Origin: Macrostomum lignano
Taxonomy: Eukaryota
DNA: 64,000 nucleotides
NCBI GenBank assembly: GCA_002269645.1
Contig: NIVC01002059.1
Coordinates: forward strand, 219,322-283,321
Reading direction: 5' to 3'
The notes beneath the pieces were generated by a model. It was not told where the DNA came from and did no database searches. It worked only from the letters and a program-made list of their open reading frames with translations. Shown one piece after another: positions 22,501 to 32,685 of this stretch (positions are counted from its first letter, which is position 1; every line of letters begins with the position of its first letter). The position numbers and the translations under genes are program-made.

Positions 22501-25267
22501 AGATTGGTCAGTTTTCTAGATTGGTCAGTTTTCTAGATTGGTCAGTTTTCTAGATTGGTCAGTTTTCTAGATTGGTCAGTTTTCTAGATCGGTCAGTTTT
22601 CTAGATTGGTCAGTTTATTAGATTGGTCAGTTTTCTAGATTGGTCAGTTTTCTAGATTGGTCAGTTTTCTAGATTGGTCAGTTTTCTAGATCGGTCAGTT
22701 TTCTAGATTGGTCAGTTTATTAGATTGGTCAGTTTATTAGATTGGTCAGTTTTCTAGATTGGTCAATTTTCTAGATTGGTCAGTTTTCTAGATTGGTCAG
22801 TTTTTTAGATTGGTCAGTTTTCTAGATTGGTCAGTTTTCTAGATTGGTCAGTTTTCTAGATTGGTCAGTTTATTAGATTGGTCAGTTTATTAGATTGGTC
22901 AGTTTTCTAGATTGGTCAGTTTTCTAGATTGGTCAGTTTTCTAGATTGGTCAGTTTTCTAGATTGGTCAGCTTTCTAGATTGGTCAGCTTTCTAGATCGG
23001 TCAGTTTTCTAGATTGGTCAGTTTTCTAGATTGGTCAGTTTTCTAGATTGGTCAGTTTTCTAGATCGGTCAGTTTTCTAGATTGGTCAGTTTATTAGATT
23101 GGTCAGTTTTCTAGATTGGTCAGTTTTCTAGATTGGTCAGTTTTCTAGATTGGTCAGTTTTCTAGATTGGTCAGTTTTCTAGATCGGTCAGTTTTCTAGA
23201 TTGGTCAGTTTATTAGATTGGTCAGTTTTCTAGATTGGTCAGTTTTCTAGATTGGTCAGTTTTCTAGATTGGTCAGTTTTCTAGATCGGTCAGTTTTCTA
23301 GATTGGTCAGTTTATTAGATTGGTCAGTTTATTAGATTAGTCAGTTTTCTAGATTGGTCAGTTTTCTAGATTGGTCAGTTTTCTAGATTGGTCAGTTTTC
23401 TAGATCGGTCAGTTTTCTAGATTGGTCAGTTTTCTAGATTGGTCAGTTTTCTATATCGGTCAGTTTTCTAGATTGGTCAGTTTTCTAGATTGGTCAGTTT
23501 TTTAGATTGGTCAGTTTTCTAGATTGGTCAGTTTTTTAGATTGGTCAGTTTTCTAGATTGGTCAGTTTTTTAGATTGGTCAGTTTTCTAGATTGGTCAGT
23601 TTTCTAGATTGGTCAGTTTTCTAAATCAAGAGGCTAAAGTTACCTATGCCGGACCAGGTGATAATGAGAGCAGAACCGCGGACTGGAGTGCACATTGCAC
23701 TTGTGCACGCCGTCTATGAATCGGCAGTCGCTGGTCCGGTGCCCCAGGATGCACAATTCCAGACCGTGGATTTTCTCTGGCATGCGCCAACGGCCTGAAG
23801 AGATGTAAAACGGTAATTCAAATATTTAGGCTAGATTATCTGATCGGCCTTCCCGTTTTAATGAGGTTGCTCTACCAGCTCTGTTGAGATTGTCCTACCA
23901 GCTCTGTTGAGATTGTCCTACCAGCTCTGTTGAGATTGTCCTACCAAGTCTGTTGAGGTTGTCCTACCAGCTCTGTTGAGATTGTCCTACCAGCTCTGTT
24001 GAGATTGTCCTACCAAGTCTGTTGAGGTTGTCCTACCAGCTCTGTTGAGATTGTCCTACCAGCTCTGTTGAGATTGTCCTACCAGCTCTGTTGAGATTGT
24101 CCTACCAGCTCTGTTGAGATTGTCCTACCAGCTCTGTTGAGATTGTCCTACCAGCTCTGTTGAGATTGCCTAAGTTGAACTACCGTGATCAAATGGCATC
24201 CAAACGTGCATCCAAATAAAAACGATCCATCAGATGACAAGCGAGACTCTACCCAGCAGTTTGTCTGCGAGCTCCTTCAGCGGGCCGACCTCCTCTTGCG
24301 GCTTCAACGGGCACGGCTGCAGAGCGAATGGCACGGCTCGATAATTAGCTGAGCTGATGTTGCTGCCAAGGTACCAGGCGCATTCCAACTGGTTGACAAC
24401 GGCCAGGTACTGCGGAGGCGGTCGAATCAGCACCAACACTAGGTGCACAGCCAGGGACAGCAGACAGACGACTAGCAAGGTGCAGAAGGCGCTGTTGGAT
24501 ATGAGGTAGCTGGCGGCGCCCGTAATCGAGTCGAGTTTACTGCCGGTGCCCAGGTAGATCAGAGCTGATTTCGTTATCAGGTCCGCGTTCGGCACCTGAC
24601 TGTTGGGAAAGAAGTCGTGAACGTTGCGCTTGCGCCGCCATTGAAGAGTTGTGATTTTTATCTTCTGACTGCGCGTCAGCACCGACGGAGAAGGTGCCGG
24701 CGAGGACGGTTGATCCGCGGCTGATGATGGAGACGTGGGTGTCTCAGCCGGAGGCGGAGGCGGTGGTGTCGAAGATGTCGGAGGTGCCGTGGGAGGTGAA
24801 GGCGGTGGTGTCGAAGATGTCGGAGGTGCCGTGGGAGGTGAAGGCGGTGGTGTCGAAGATGTCGGAGGTGCCGTGGGAGGTGAAGGCGGTGGTGTCGAAG
24901 ATGTCGGAGGTGCCGCGGGAGGCAGAGGCGGTGGTGTCGAAGATGTCGGAGGTGCCGCGGGAGGCAGAGGCGGTGGTGTCGAAGGCCTCGGTGGAGCTGG
25001 ATTTAATGGAGGTGTCGAAGAAGGCCGAAGCGGAAGATCATTAGGAAGAGGAGTCGGGGTTGTCAAAGGCTCAGGTGGAGGTTTCGTAGGTGTCTTGGGA
25101 GGCGGAGGTTGGGGTGTCTTTTGGGGTGGAGACGGTGTCTTCGAGCGCGGAGCTGGCGGTGTCTTCGAGCGCGGAGCTGGCGGCGTCTTCGAGCCGGGAG
25201 GTGACTGTGTCTTAGCACGTCGAGGCTTTTTACGCGACTTGGACTTCTTTGCCGATGTATTCTCCAT
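16543..25267 (-). CDS. Type II membrane cholinesterase-like protein without catalytic Ser/His (neurotactin-like), ~932 aa, 6 exons
   Basis: Exons 25267-24253, 23794-23644, 22158-21715, 21139-20881, 19699-19235 (acceptor less certain) and 17007-16543, all with GT-AG and consistent phases. Type-B carboxylesterase motifs: YRAVPFA..GRWRMP, SEDCLFLSI, GYRLAFHGTF, NYGLSDLVRGL, FGGDKNKVTVFGHGSGAA, RFICP. Pro-rich N-terminus, then a hydrophobic helix (AFCTLLVVCLLSLAVHLVLVLI). Confidence 0.88.
17710..18036. mobile_element. MITE, Tc1/mariner-like (TA TSD)
   Basis: 18-bp TIR CTTTCAGTTCAGTAGCAA / TTGCTACTGAACTGAAAG, with TA on both sides. Confidence 0.7.
18181..18277. repeat. Long hairpin (32-bp stem, 13-nt loop) in the last intron of the esterase-like gene
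   Basis: 18192-18223 pairs with 18237-18268 (one mismatch, one G-T). Three GGCCATTATTTCA-like direct repeats follow. Confidence 0.85.
19753..20472. mobile_element. Non-autonomous TIR element (hAT-like CAGG termini) carrying a 21-bp tandem array
   Basis: Termini CAGGCGCGTCCCCACGG / CCATGGCGACGCCCCTG match at 14 of 17 positions. Internal array AAAATGAGTGCCTGTGGCGCT (~23 copies, 19901-20385). A second partial copy lies at 48625-48910. No clear TSD. Confidence 0.65.
20570..20840 (-). mobile_element. tRNA-derived SINE copy 1
   Basis: Minus strand GGGGCAGACCAGCTCAGCGTT (A box) ... GGTTCGATTCC (B box, 20778-20788). The body GAGGGCCAACC..AAGGCACAG..GTGTACATG..GGGCCGCTG is shared with 31770-32010, 47661-47785 and 62251-62330. 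Confidence 0.75.
21204..21661. repeat. 24-bp intronic minisatellite (~19 copies)
   Basis: Unit CCAATCCGTTTCTACACCCCATCG/A. Confidence 0.95.
22179..23623. repeat. 17-bp intronic minisatellite (~85 copies)
   Basis: Unit GATTGGTCAGTTTTCTA. It fills almost all of intron 2 (22159-23643). Confidence 0.97.
23863..24170. repeat. 23-bp intronic minisatellite (~13 copies)
   Basis: Unit CTACCAGCTCTGTTGAGATTGTC. Confidence 0.95.
24760..24985 (-). repeat. 36-bp coding tandem repeat (12-aa PP(S/L)PP(T/A)APPTSST unit)
   Basis: About 6 in-frame copies in exon 1 of the esterase-like gene. Confidence 0.9.
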
Positions 25268-25489
25268 GGCCTCCTGAGCAGAAGCGGCACTAATAAACCA
25301 CTGCTTGATGAATTCACGAATATTATTAATAATAAAGCTAAATTTCGATTCTATAATTGAAAACTAAGAATCAAGATTAGATCCATTAGAATTCGATGGC
25401 TTCTTAGCCTAAATGACATGCTGCACTCGCAACTCAAAGCCTTCTAGCGGGGCCATAGACTGTTAATTTTCTTTTTTTAAATCTAAGTC

Positions 25490-26042
25490 AGAGTCGCTCG
25501 CGCAGTAAAGCACTTTCGGTTCTGTAGTTCGGCCTTACTCTGTTCAAGCGACCTGTCACGCTGACTGGGGTTTGGCCATAGACAAATCCGTCCAGACAAA
25601 ACAATGCAGAGACAGGAGAAGCTGGAAACTCGCCGCAACTTTGCTTGCTTGCCGGTCTCCGGCAGCAGTTCATGAAAAAACAGCTTGATAAACTTGTGAG
25701 CGCAGCTCGGACAAAACACCTGCTGGCTGCATCTGCAATTCGGAAGTCCAGCAGGTGAGGCATTGGGGATTCAGTGCTGAAAAACTGAAAACTTCCCATC
25801 TCGCAGCGAAATTGAAGGAGTACAGCGTTCTGGGGCTTCAGCTGTCCATAAAAAAAGACTTCCTATTCAAACAGGGGAATAATATCTTGGGGGGAGAGGT
25901 GTCTTGGGGGGCGAAGTCCTTAAATGGCGGTGTCGCGGGGGTTGGAGGTGTCTTACTCGTAGGAGGCGGTGTCTTTGGGGAGGTGTCTTGGAGCGCGGAT
26001 TGCGTGATGAAGGCTTAGCCGGTTTCGCAGATTTATTTTCAT
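25490..26042 (-). pseudogene. Degenerate tandem duplicate of exon 1 of the neurotactin-like gene
   Basis: ATG(G)AAAATAAATCTGCGAAA would read MENKSAKPAKPSSRNPRSKTPP if one G is restored, versus MENTSAKKSK...PRSKTPP in the intact gene. KTPP motifs are repeated, with frameshifts and stops. An acceptor TATACTAG lies at 26083. Confidence 0.6.
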
Positions 26043-26439
26043 AGCTACTTTGTGCAGAGCAGGCGCTGGTTGAGCAGCTTAGCTAGTATAAATATTAGCA
26101 ATGAAAACCGATTGCACTTTGAGAATTGACGCTTTCAAATGGCTAGCCGAGGTAGCAAAGTCAGTTTTTCGATTCTCAGAAGAATTGAACGGTTTTAACA
26201 TTTGGAATTCTTTGAACTCATTGGCTGCTGCACCGATCCAGAGAACTTCGTCGTGATTTTTTGTAGAAAAACTGACGTCCTGTTTCTCACATTAAGGAAT
26301 ACATATCCCCAGCAACATTGAAAACCGACAGACCAGAACCCAGTGCGCACTGCATTTGCTTAAAAATAATGCCAGTCTGAGACAACTGAAACATCTCAGG
26401 CACAATTAGTGTAATCGCACATGCACCAACCAAAGTGAG

Positions 26440-26445
26440 TTTATT
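26440..26445 (-). terminator. ELP4 poly(A) signal
   Basis: AATAAA 83 nt after the stop codon, followed by TTTGGTTGGTG. Confidence 0.7.
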
Positions 26446-26527
26446 TAGCCAAAATAAAATGCCAGTAGAATTTGCATCAAATACCAGAACCACAGTTTGA
26501 TTAGTACGACAGATACGGTAAGAGTAA

Positions 26528-26700
26528 TCAAAAGTCCAATGGAGTACCCTGCGCAGAGGTGCCGCAGGTTGGCTGCGGCACTGATTTGCTCACTCGACTG
26601 GCCGTCTCCGAGATGTCGGGTGGCAGGTGCAGCCGCTGTAATTGGTTGTAGGAGAGCGGAAATACAGCTGTCTGTCTGTCTGTCTGTCCGTCTGTCTGTC

Positions 26701-26737
<37 letters not shown>

Positions 26738-26844
26738 GTGTGTTTGTCTGTCTGTCCGTCTGTCTCTGTGTGTTTGTCTGTCTGTCTGTCCGTCTGTCTG
26801 TCTGTCTGTCTGTCCGTCTGTCTGTCCGTCTGTCTGTCTCTGTG

Positions 26845-26883
<39 letters not shown>

Positions 26884-26941
26884 CTGTCTCTGTGTGTCTG
26901 TCTCTCTGTCCGTCTGTCTCTCTGTCCGTCTGTCTGTCTCC

Positions 26942-27019
<78 letters not shown>

Positions 27020-27024
27020 GTGCC

Positions 27025-27079
<55 letters not shown>

Positions 27080-27190
27080 GTGTGTTTGTCTGTCTGTCCG
27101 TCTGTCTGTCTGTCTGTCTGTCTCTGTGTGTTTGTCTGTCTGTCCGTCTGTCTATCTGTCTGTCTGTCCGTCTGTCTGTCTCTGTGTGTT

Positions 27191-27221
<31 letters not shown>

Positions 27222-29797
27222 CTGTCTCTGTGTGTCTGTCTCTCTGTCCGTCTGTCTGTCTCTGTCTGTCTGTCTGTCTGTCCGTCTGTCTGTCTCCGTC
27301 TGTCTGTCTGTCTGTGTGCCTGCCTGTCTGTCTGTCTGTCTGTCTGAGCCCAACTACCTGCACCTAAGCCTACAGGGCACATATAGCGGCCATCAGTCAC
27401 CACAAAACGCAAAACACGCCAACCTGAATAAGGAAATTCTTCCGGCGCACTCTGAAGCCAAACTCGAGCGTGTCCGGCCGGGCCACCGGGGCCGCGGAGC
27501 CGGGCAGGCAGGGCAGCTTGGCCAGGCTCAGCAGGCCGTGCAGGTCGCGGTACAAAGGATTGGCGGCACGGCGTCGACCGCCGGCCACCTGCAGAGAGTC
27601 CAGCCGCAGACAGTAGTCGACCAGGTGCCGCATTCGATCGGACAGGATCGGCCGCTGAAAATCGTTGGCAATTGTTCCAAGTCCACCACCACAGATACTA
27701 CTATAAGTAGATAGGCCACTCATTGGCTCGCTTAAACAGTTCTCTACTTGCAGTTCAGTAGTACGAATGCGTAAGCGCAGGGCCTATCCACCAGTTCTCA
27801 CTTCTCAGCCAATTCCACATGAACTCACCTGCAGTCGCAGACAGTCAGGCACGGTGAGCCAGACGGTGCACAGGTGCTTGGCGCAGAGATCCCGCAGGCT
27901 GTACAAACAGCGCAGGGCGTCGCTCTCGTTGTCTAAGCGGCCCCAGAGTGGGGATGCGAAACCTGGGATAACTGCAGGCGAGGCGGGGAGCGAAGAGGTT
28001 TTTATAGTTACAGGAAATCTAACCCAGTAGATTAGATAGACCGGAAATCTCACCCAGTAGATCAGATAGACTGGAAATCTCACCCAGTAGATCAGATAGA
28101 CTGGAAATCTCACCCAGTAGATCAGATAGACCAGAAATCTCACCCAGTAGATCAGATAGACTGGAAATCTCACCCAGTAGATCAGATAGACCAGAAATCT
28201 CACCCAGTAGATCAGATAGACGGGAAATCTCACCCAGTAGATCAGATGGACCGGAAATCTCACCCATTAGAGCAGATAAACCGGAAATCTCACCCAGTAG
28301 ATCAGATAGACCAGAAATCTCACCCAGTAGATCAGATAGACGGGAAATCTCACCCAGTAGATCAGATGGACCGGAAATCTCACCCATTAGATCAGATAGA
28401 CGGGAAATCTCACCCAGTAGATCAGATGGACCGGAAATCTCACCCATTAGAGCAGATAAACCGGAAATCTCACCCAGTAGATCAGATAGACTGGAAATCT
28501 CATCCATCGCACCCAGTAGAGCAGATAAACCGGAAATCTCACTCATCTCACCCAGTAGAGCAGATAAACCGGAAATCTCACTCATCTCACCCAGTAGAGC
28601 AGATAAACCGGAAATCTCACTCATCTCACCCAGTAGAGCAGATAAACCGGAAATCTCACTCATCTCACCCAGTAGAGCAGATAAACCGGAAATCTCACTC
28701 ATCTCACCCAGTAGAGCAGATAAACCGGAAATCTCACTCATCTCACCCAGTAGAGCAGGATTCGAAATCTCGGTCCATGGCAAGTGTCAAAAAAAGAAGT
28801 CAGTACCAAGAAAAAGATAACAAATATGAAGGAATTAAACTAGCCAGCAAGTCTTACCAACTTTGAGCAGACTCTGCGTATCCTCAGTGGGCCGGTCGGG
28901 ATACCGGAATTCCGGCCCGCCATCGACAAGGCGCTGCCGAATTTGATCCAAAGCCAGGCTGGCATTGGCAGGGAATGAGCTGCGGGTTGGAGCATCAGTA
29001 TAGAAGTATTATCTCGGTGTGTATGACCAGAAATTCAAGGCCAAGAGTAAGATTACCTACCCACCTACCTACCTACCTAACTACCTACTTATCTATCTAT
29101 CTATCTATCTATCTAATTTCAGTTTAAACTCATTATACTACTTACGATGCTCTTATCATTAAGCGGTATGGAACGGGTATTTTTGAATTGCGTGATACTG
29201 CTGCGAAAGGCCATATTGGGTAATCGCGGATCCAGGGACTCACTACATCACTCACTAAGGGCTAGGCAATTTCCTACAGAAAAACCTATTTAGTTTAGCA
29301 TTTTTCAACGAACGCCAGGATCTGTCAATTGGAACGCACCCGAATTCGTCAAGATGAAGAACGTTCAATCGAAGCGAGCCAGCCTCTTCGAGCTTTGTCA
29401 AGTCTAACTTCTTTGACAGATCGAAACTTTTAGCTCCGGTTGTGGATTTGTCAAGGCTGTGCCGCTCCTATAATGGAGAGGGGTGAGTCAGTTTGTTCGC
29501 AAAAAGCAGCAGACATGCCCGTTGCACTGAGTCAATTTACTACGAGAAAATCATTGAGGCGAAAATGATACGATTAATCAGTATAAAGTAGTAAAAAATA
29601 TTATTATTTATAGTCACTCGCCTCGAACTGCGGCGCGTTCATGTAACGCCAGGCGATGGCCAGGCCGTCGTCGTTGCCAGCGCCGCTGTCTCCAATGCCA
29701 CCTGCTGGTTGCTGTTGCTGTTGTTGTTGTGATTTTGTACCCTCCTCAAGATCTGGCAGATTCTGGAATTAAGTGCGTTGTTTAGTAGAGGTAGTAA

Positions 29798-29883
<86 letters not shown>

Positions 29884-29893
29884 ATAGTAGTAG

Positions 29894-29979
<86 letters not shown>

Positions 29980-30542
29980 CGGTAGTAGTAGTAGTCGTCG
30001 TAGTAGTAGTATCAAAGAGAACCCCGCAATTACTCCCATAGGACATCTCACACCCCGCCACCCACCGCTAGCAGGTACTCCGAGTGCGCTTGGTTGGCGG
30101 CCACTAGCATCACGTGATGCCCATCCAGCAGGCTCTGGGCCAGGAAATAGCGAGTCAACACGCCTGCATAGGCGCCTGTTGCGTCTTCGTCTGTTGTTGG
30201 GTTTTTTATGGGTGTCGTAGAAACAATTGGCATATGATATTATCAGAGTGATGTTACAATAGGGATTTCATAGTCGCTGCCAGCTAATTAAAAAGGGATG
30301 CCAGTGTTTCCATCCTCACCGACAACGCACAACCCGCCGACAGCCAGCCCGCCGCCAATCAATACGTCGAGAGCGGCCACTCCGCAGCTGGTGACCGTCG
30401 CCTGCTGATTCTGCGCCACCAACTGCTGTTGCTTCTGCTGCTGTTGCTGCTGTCCACAGACGGGCCGGCCGCCGGGCACGCGAGGCCGAGGCCGCGAGAT
30501 GCCGACGCCGGGGCCGCCTGGAGCAACGCGACGAAAGCCAGA
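26528..30542 (-). CDS. ELP4: Elongator complex protein 4, 8 exons, 406 codons, no in-frame ATG
   Basis: Exons 30542-30320, 30190-30066, 29762-29622, 29467-29340, 28979-28858, 27971-27829, 27654-27424 and 26635-26528, all in frame. ELP4 motifs: TSCGVAALDVLIGGGLAVGGLCVVDED, LAIAWRY, SFDLSKK, GFASPLWG, NPLYRDLHGLL..KLP, RLHLPPD...LDF*. Confidence 0.93.
26668..27345. repeat. (TCTG)n-derived microsatellite in the last ELP4 intron
   Basis: Imperfect TCTG/TCCG/TGTG runs. Source of the spurious TDRQ/VCLS ORFs. Confidence 0.98.
28014..28770. repeat. 30-bp minisatellite changing to a 39-bp unit
   Basis: Unit AAATCTCACCCAGTAGATCAGATAGACCGG. From ~28500 the units carry 9 extra nt (CTCATCTCA). Confidence 0.95.
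29786..30011. repeat. (TAG)n microsatellite in ELP4 intron 2
   Basis: About 70 TAG triplets. Confidence 0.98.
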
Positions 30543-30598
30543 CTGAAGAAATGGCAAGAAACACAAGACTATAGCTAGGCAATTGGACTGTCTTAATT

Positions 30599-30860
30599 TA
30601 TCTTCTTCATTTATCCTTCCCTCCGGTGAAATGTCTATGGCCGGACTGTCTCACCCTCTATCTCTCCTCATCTATCCTTCCCTCCGGTGAAATGTCTATG
30701 GCCGGACTGTCTCACCCTCTATCTCTCCTCATCTATCCTTCCCTCCGGTGAAATGTCTATGGCCGGACTGTCTCACCCTCTATCTCTCCTCATCTATCCT
30801 TCCCTCCGGTGAAATGTCTATGGCCTGACTTTCTCACCCCCTATCTCTCCTCATATATCC
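30599..30860. repeat. 61-bp tandem repeat (~4 copies) just upstream of the first ELP4 acceptor
   Basis: Unit TATCTCTCCTCATCTATCCTTCCCTCCGGTGAAATGTCTATGGCCGGACTGTCTCACCCTC. Confidence 0.92.
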
Positions 30861-30943
30861 TTTCCTCCAATAAAATAATCAACATCAATTAACAACAGAA
30901 ATTCAAAGCCAATCGGCAAGTAACCACACAAATAGTAAAAAGT

Positions 30944-30949
30944 TTTATT
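30944..30949 (-). terminator. Candidate poly(A) signal of the ankyrin gene (most distal of several)
   Basis: AATAAA followed by TTTGTGTGGTT on the minus strand. Other AATAAA motifs occur near 31160, 31430 and 31490. Confidence 0.45.
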
Positions 30950-31769
30950 GACTGGCGCATCCACGGCGCAGCGAGATAATCGCATTTGTACGAGCTATTT
31001 GCCAAGCACACAGGGGTAAAAGGAGTGCAGATAAATTAACACTAGCACACTTTCAATCGACCATTTATGGACCGGAGGAGTTGAAATAGCAAACAATACT
31101 TTGTTATAATAAAAAAGCTAACTATATAAACATTTATCCCAATAAATTCGCCTGCAAAGTTTATTAAGCTGTCATGAAATAAAGAAAAGTTGACATCAAG
31201 CTATTTAAAACAAAAACTATAAATAAAATAACAACTTGAACAAATAATAAAGCTATCCAAATCATAATAATACAGGGATAAGAATGAAAGCGGAATCAAC
31301 TAATTTAACTTAAAGAGAGGCAAGACGCTGATAAATGAAAAATATTTCTAACGGACGCAAACAAAGAGTGGCGCATTTTGTAACTTGGCCTTGGCAAAAC
31401 AATCTTTCAGAGTTAAAAATGTAGAAAATTTATTATTTAATTCGCACTAAAAAATACGACCGGAAGCAAATCTGTGCCTTCTATCCTACATTTTATTTAG
31501 CAGCAAAAGTAATAAATTCAATCTACACGAATGCGCGATACACCCTACTAAAAGTCAGTCGTGTGAAAATTAAGCTAAAAATGTAAACATTGCATTTATT
31601 TTATGTATTGTTTTAACATAATATTGAAAATAAAAAAACTATTTCTAAAAGCCTAATTATTTATACGTTAATAAATAGTAAATTTCTGTTGTCAATATTA
31701 CAGATTTTTTATTACAGGTTGTGTGCACCCATTGTCACACAACCGGTGAGAGGCATTGCTGCCCATTCC

Positions 31770-32010
31770 GCCAACTCCCCTGAGCAGGCACACAAGCGCG
31801 CGGATACGTACGCAGTCATACGCACAGGCACACACTCACACAGGAGTGTACAGCGGCCCTAACTTTATTTATCGTTAGGCATGTACACTTCACTGTGCCT
31901 TGGGGGTTGGCCCTCAGGGGCGTTAATTGCACGAGCAACGACTGCACTTGGAATCGAGCCTGGGCCGCTGGCAGATCAGAGCGCCGCGCTAGACTACTGG
32001 GCTACGGCCC
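31770..32010 (-). mobile_element. tRNA-derived SINE copy 2
   Basis: GGGCCGTAGCCCAGTAGTC (A box), GGCTCGATTCC (B box, 31950-31960), and a body homologous to copy 1. Confidence 0.75.
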
Positions 32011-32685
32011 TATATATTACAGATGCATTATACTAGCTAATATGAACTAATATAAATATGAACTCCTATGATTTGTAGTTTAACTCTTTAAAATTTTGCT
32101 AGTCAAAGGCGAGAGACAAAGCATCAATTAAAATCCGACGAATAGCATTAAAGCATTCTCATTGTAGCGGCATAAAATCGACTTTTTTATTTACTGACTG
32201 TAACTGATAGACTGCTAGGGAAAGGCCAGCAAAAATATAGATTATATACTGAAGCTCAGCAAGATTTAAAACTTTGCGACGCACAAAGCTGTTCAATACT
32301 CGTAGAATTCCAAATCGATTCGTTTTCTCTCCTGTTGACAGACAGAAGCCGGGTTTACAGGGGATTTTTTACAAGGAGAATGTTACACCGATAGCAATAG
32401 ACTATAGAGGCTTAGGAGCTGGTAGTATCTGTTGTAATAACAGTTAATTTACTAACTAAAAGCATCCAGATGGACAAGTTTCTTAAAAAAATCCAACATT
32501 CCATCTTTGCGCTTCACAGACGTTCATCTAAGCAGCTAGTTGCTATCGACGCAAAACAAGCGAAACGACACACTAAATTAACAAAGAAAGTATACCGTTA
32601 TTTTTTTAAATTTATTCTGCATATAAAGAAAGCAACCAAGACTGCAATGATTCGCGCGGACAAGCTACTTAGAGTAGATGAAATG

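Noticed and set aside
29612-29617. Canonical GT donor 4 nt inside the ELP4 GC intron
   Set aside because: Phase 1 splicing to the 29467 acceptor gives an in-frame TGA and loses the SFDLSKK motif.
31038-31046. ATG|GTCGAT as an ATG-only first exon for ELP4
   Set aside because: Poor donor consensus and downstream AATAAA/GT-rich signals argue against it. It is not formally excluded.
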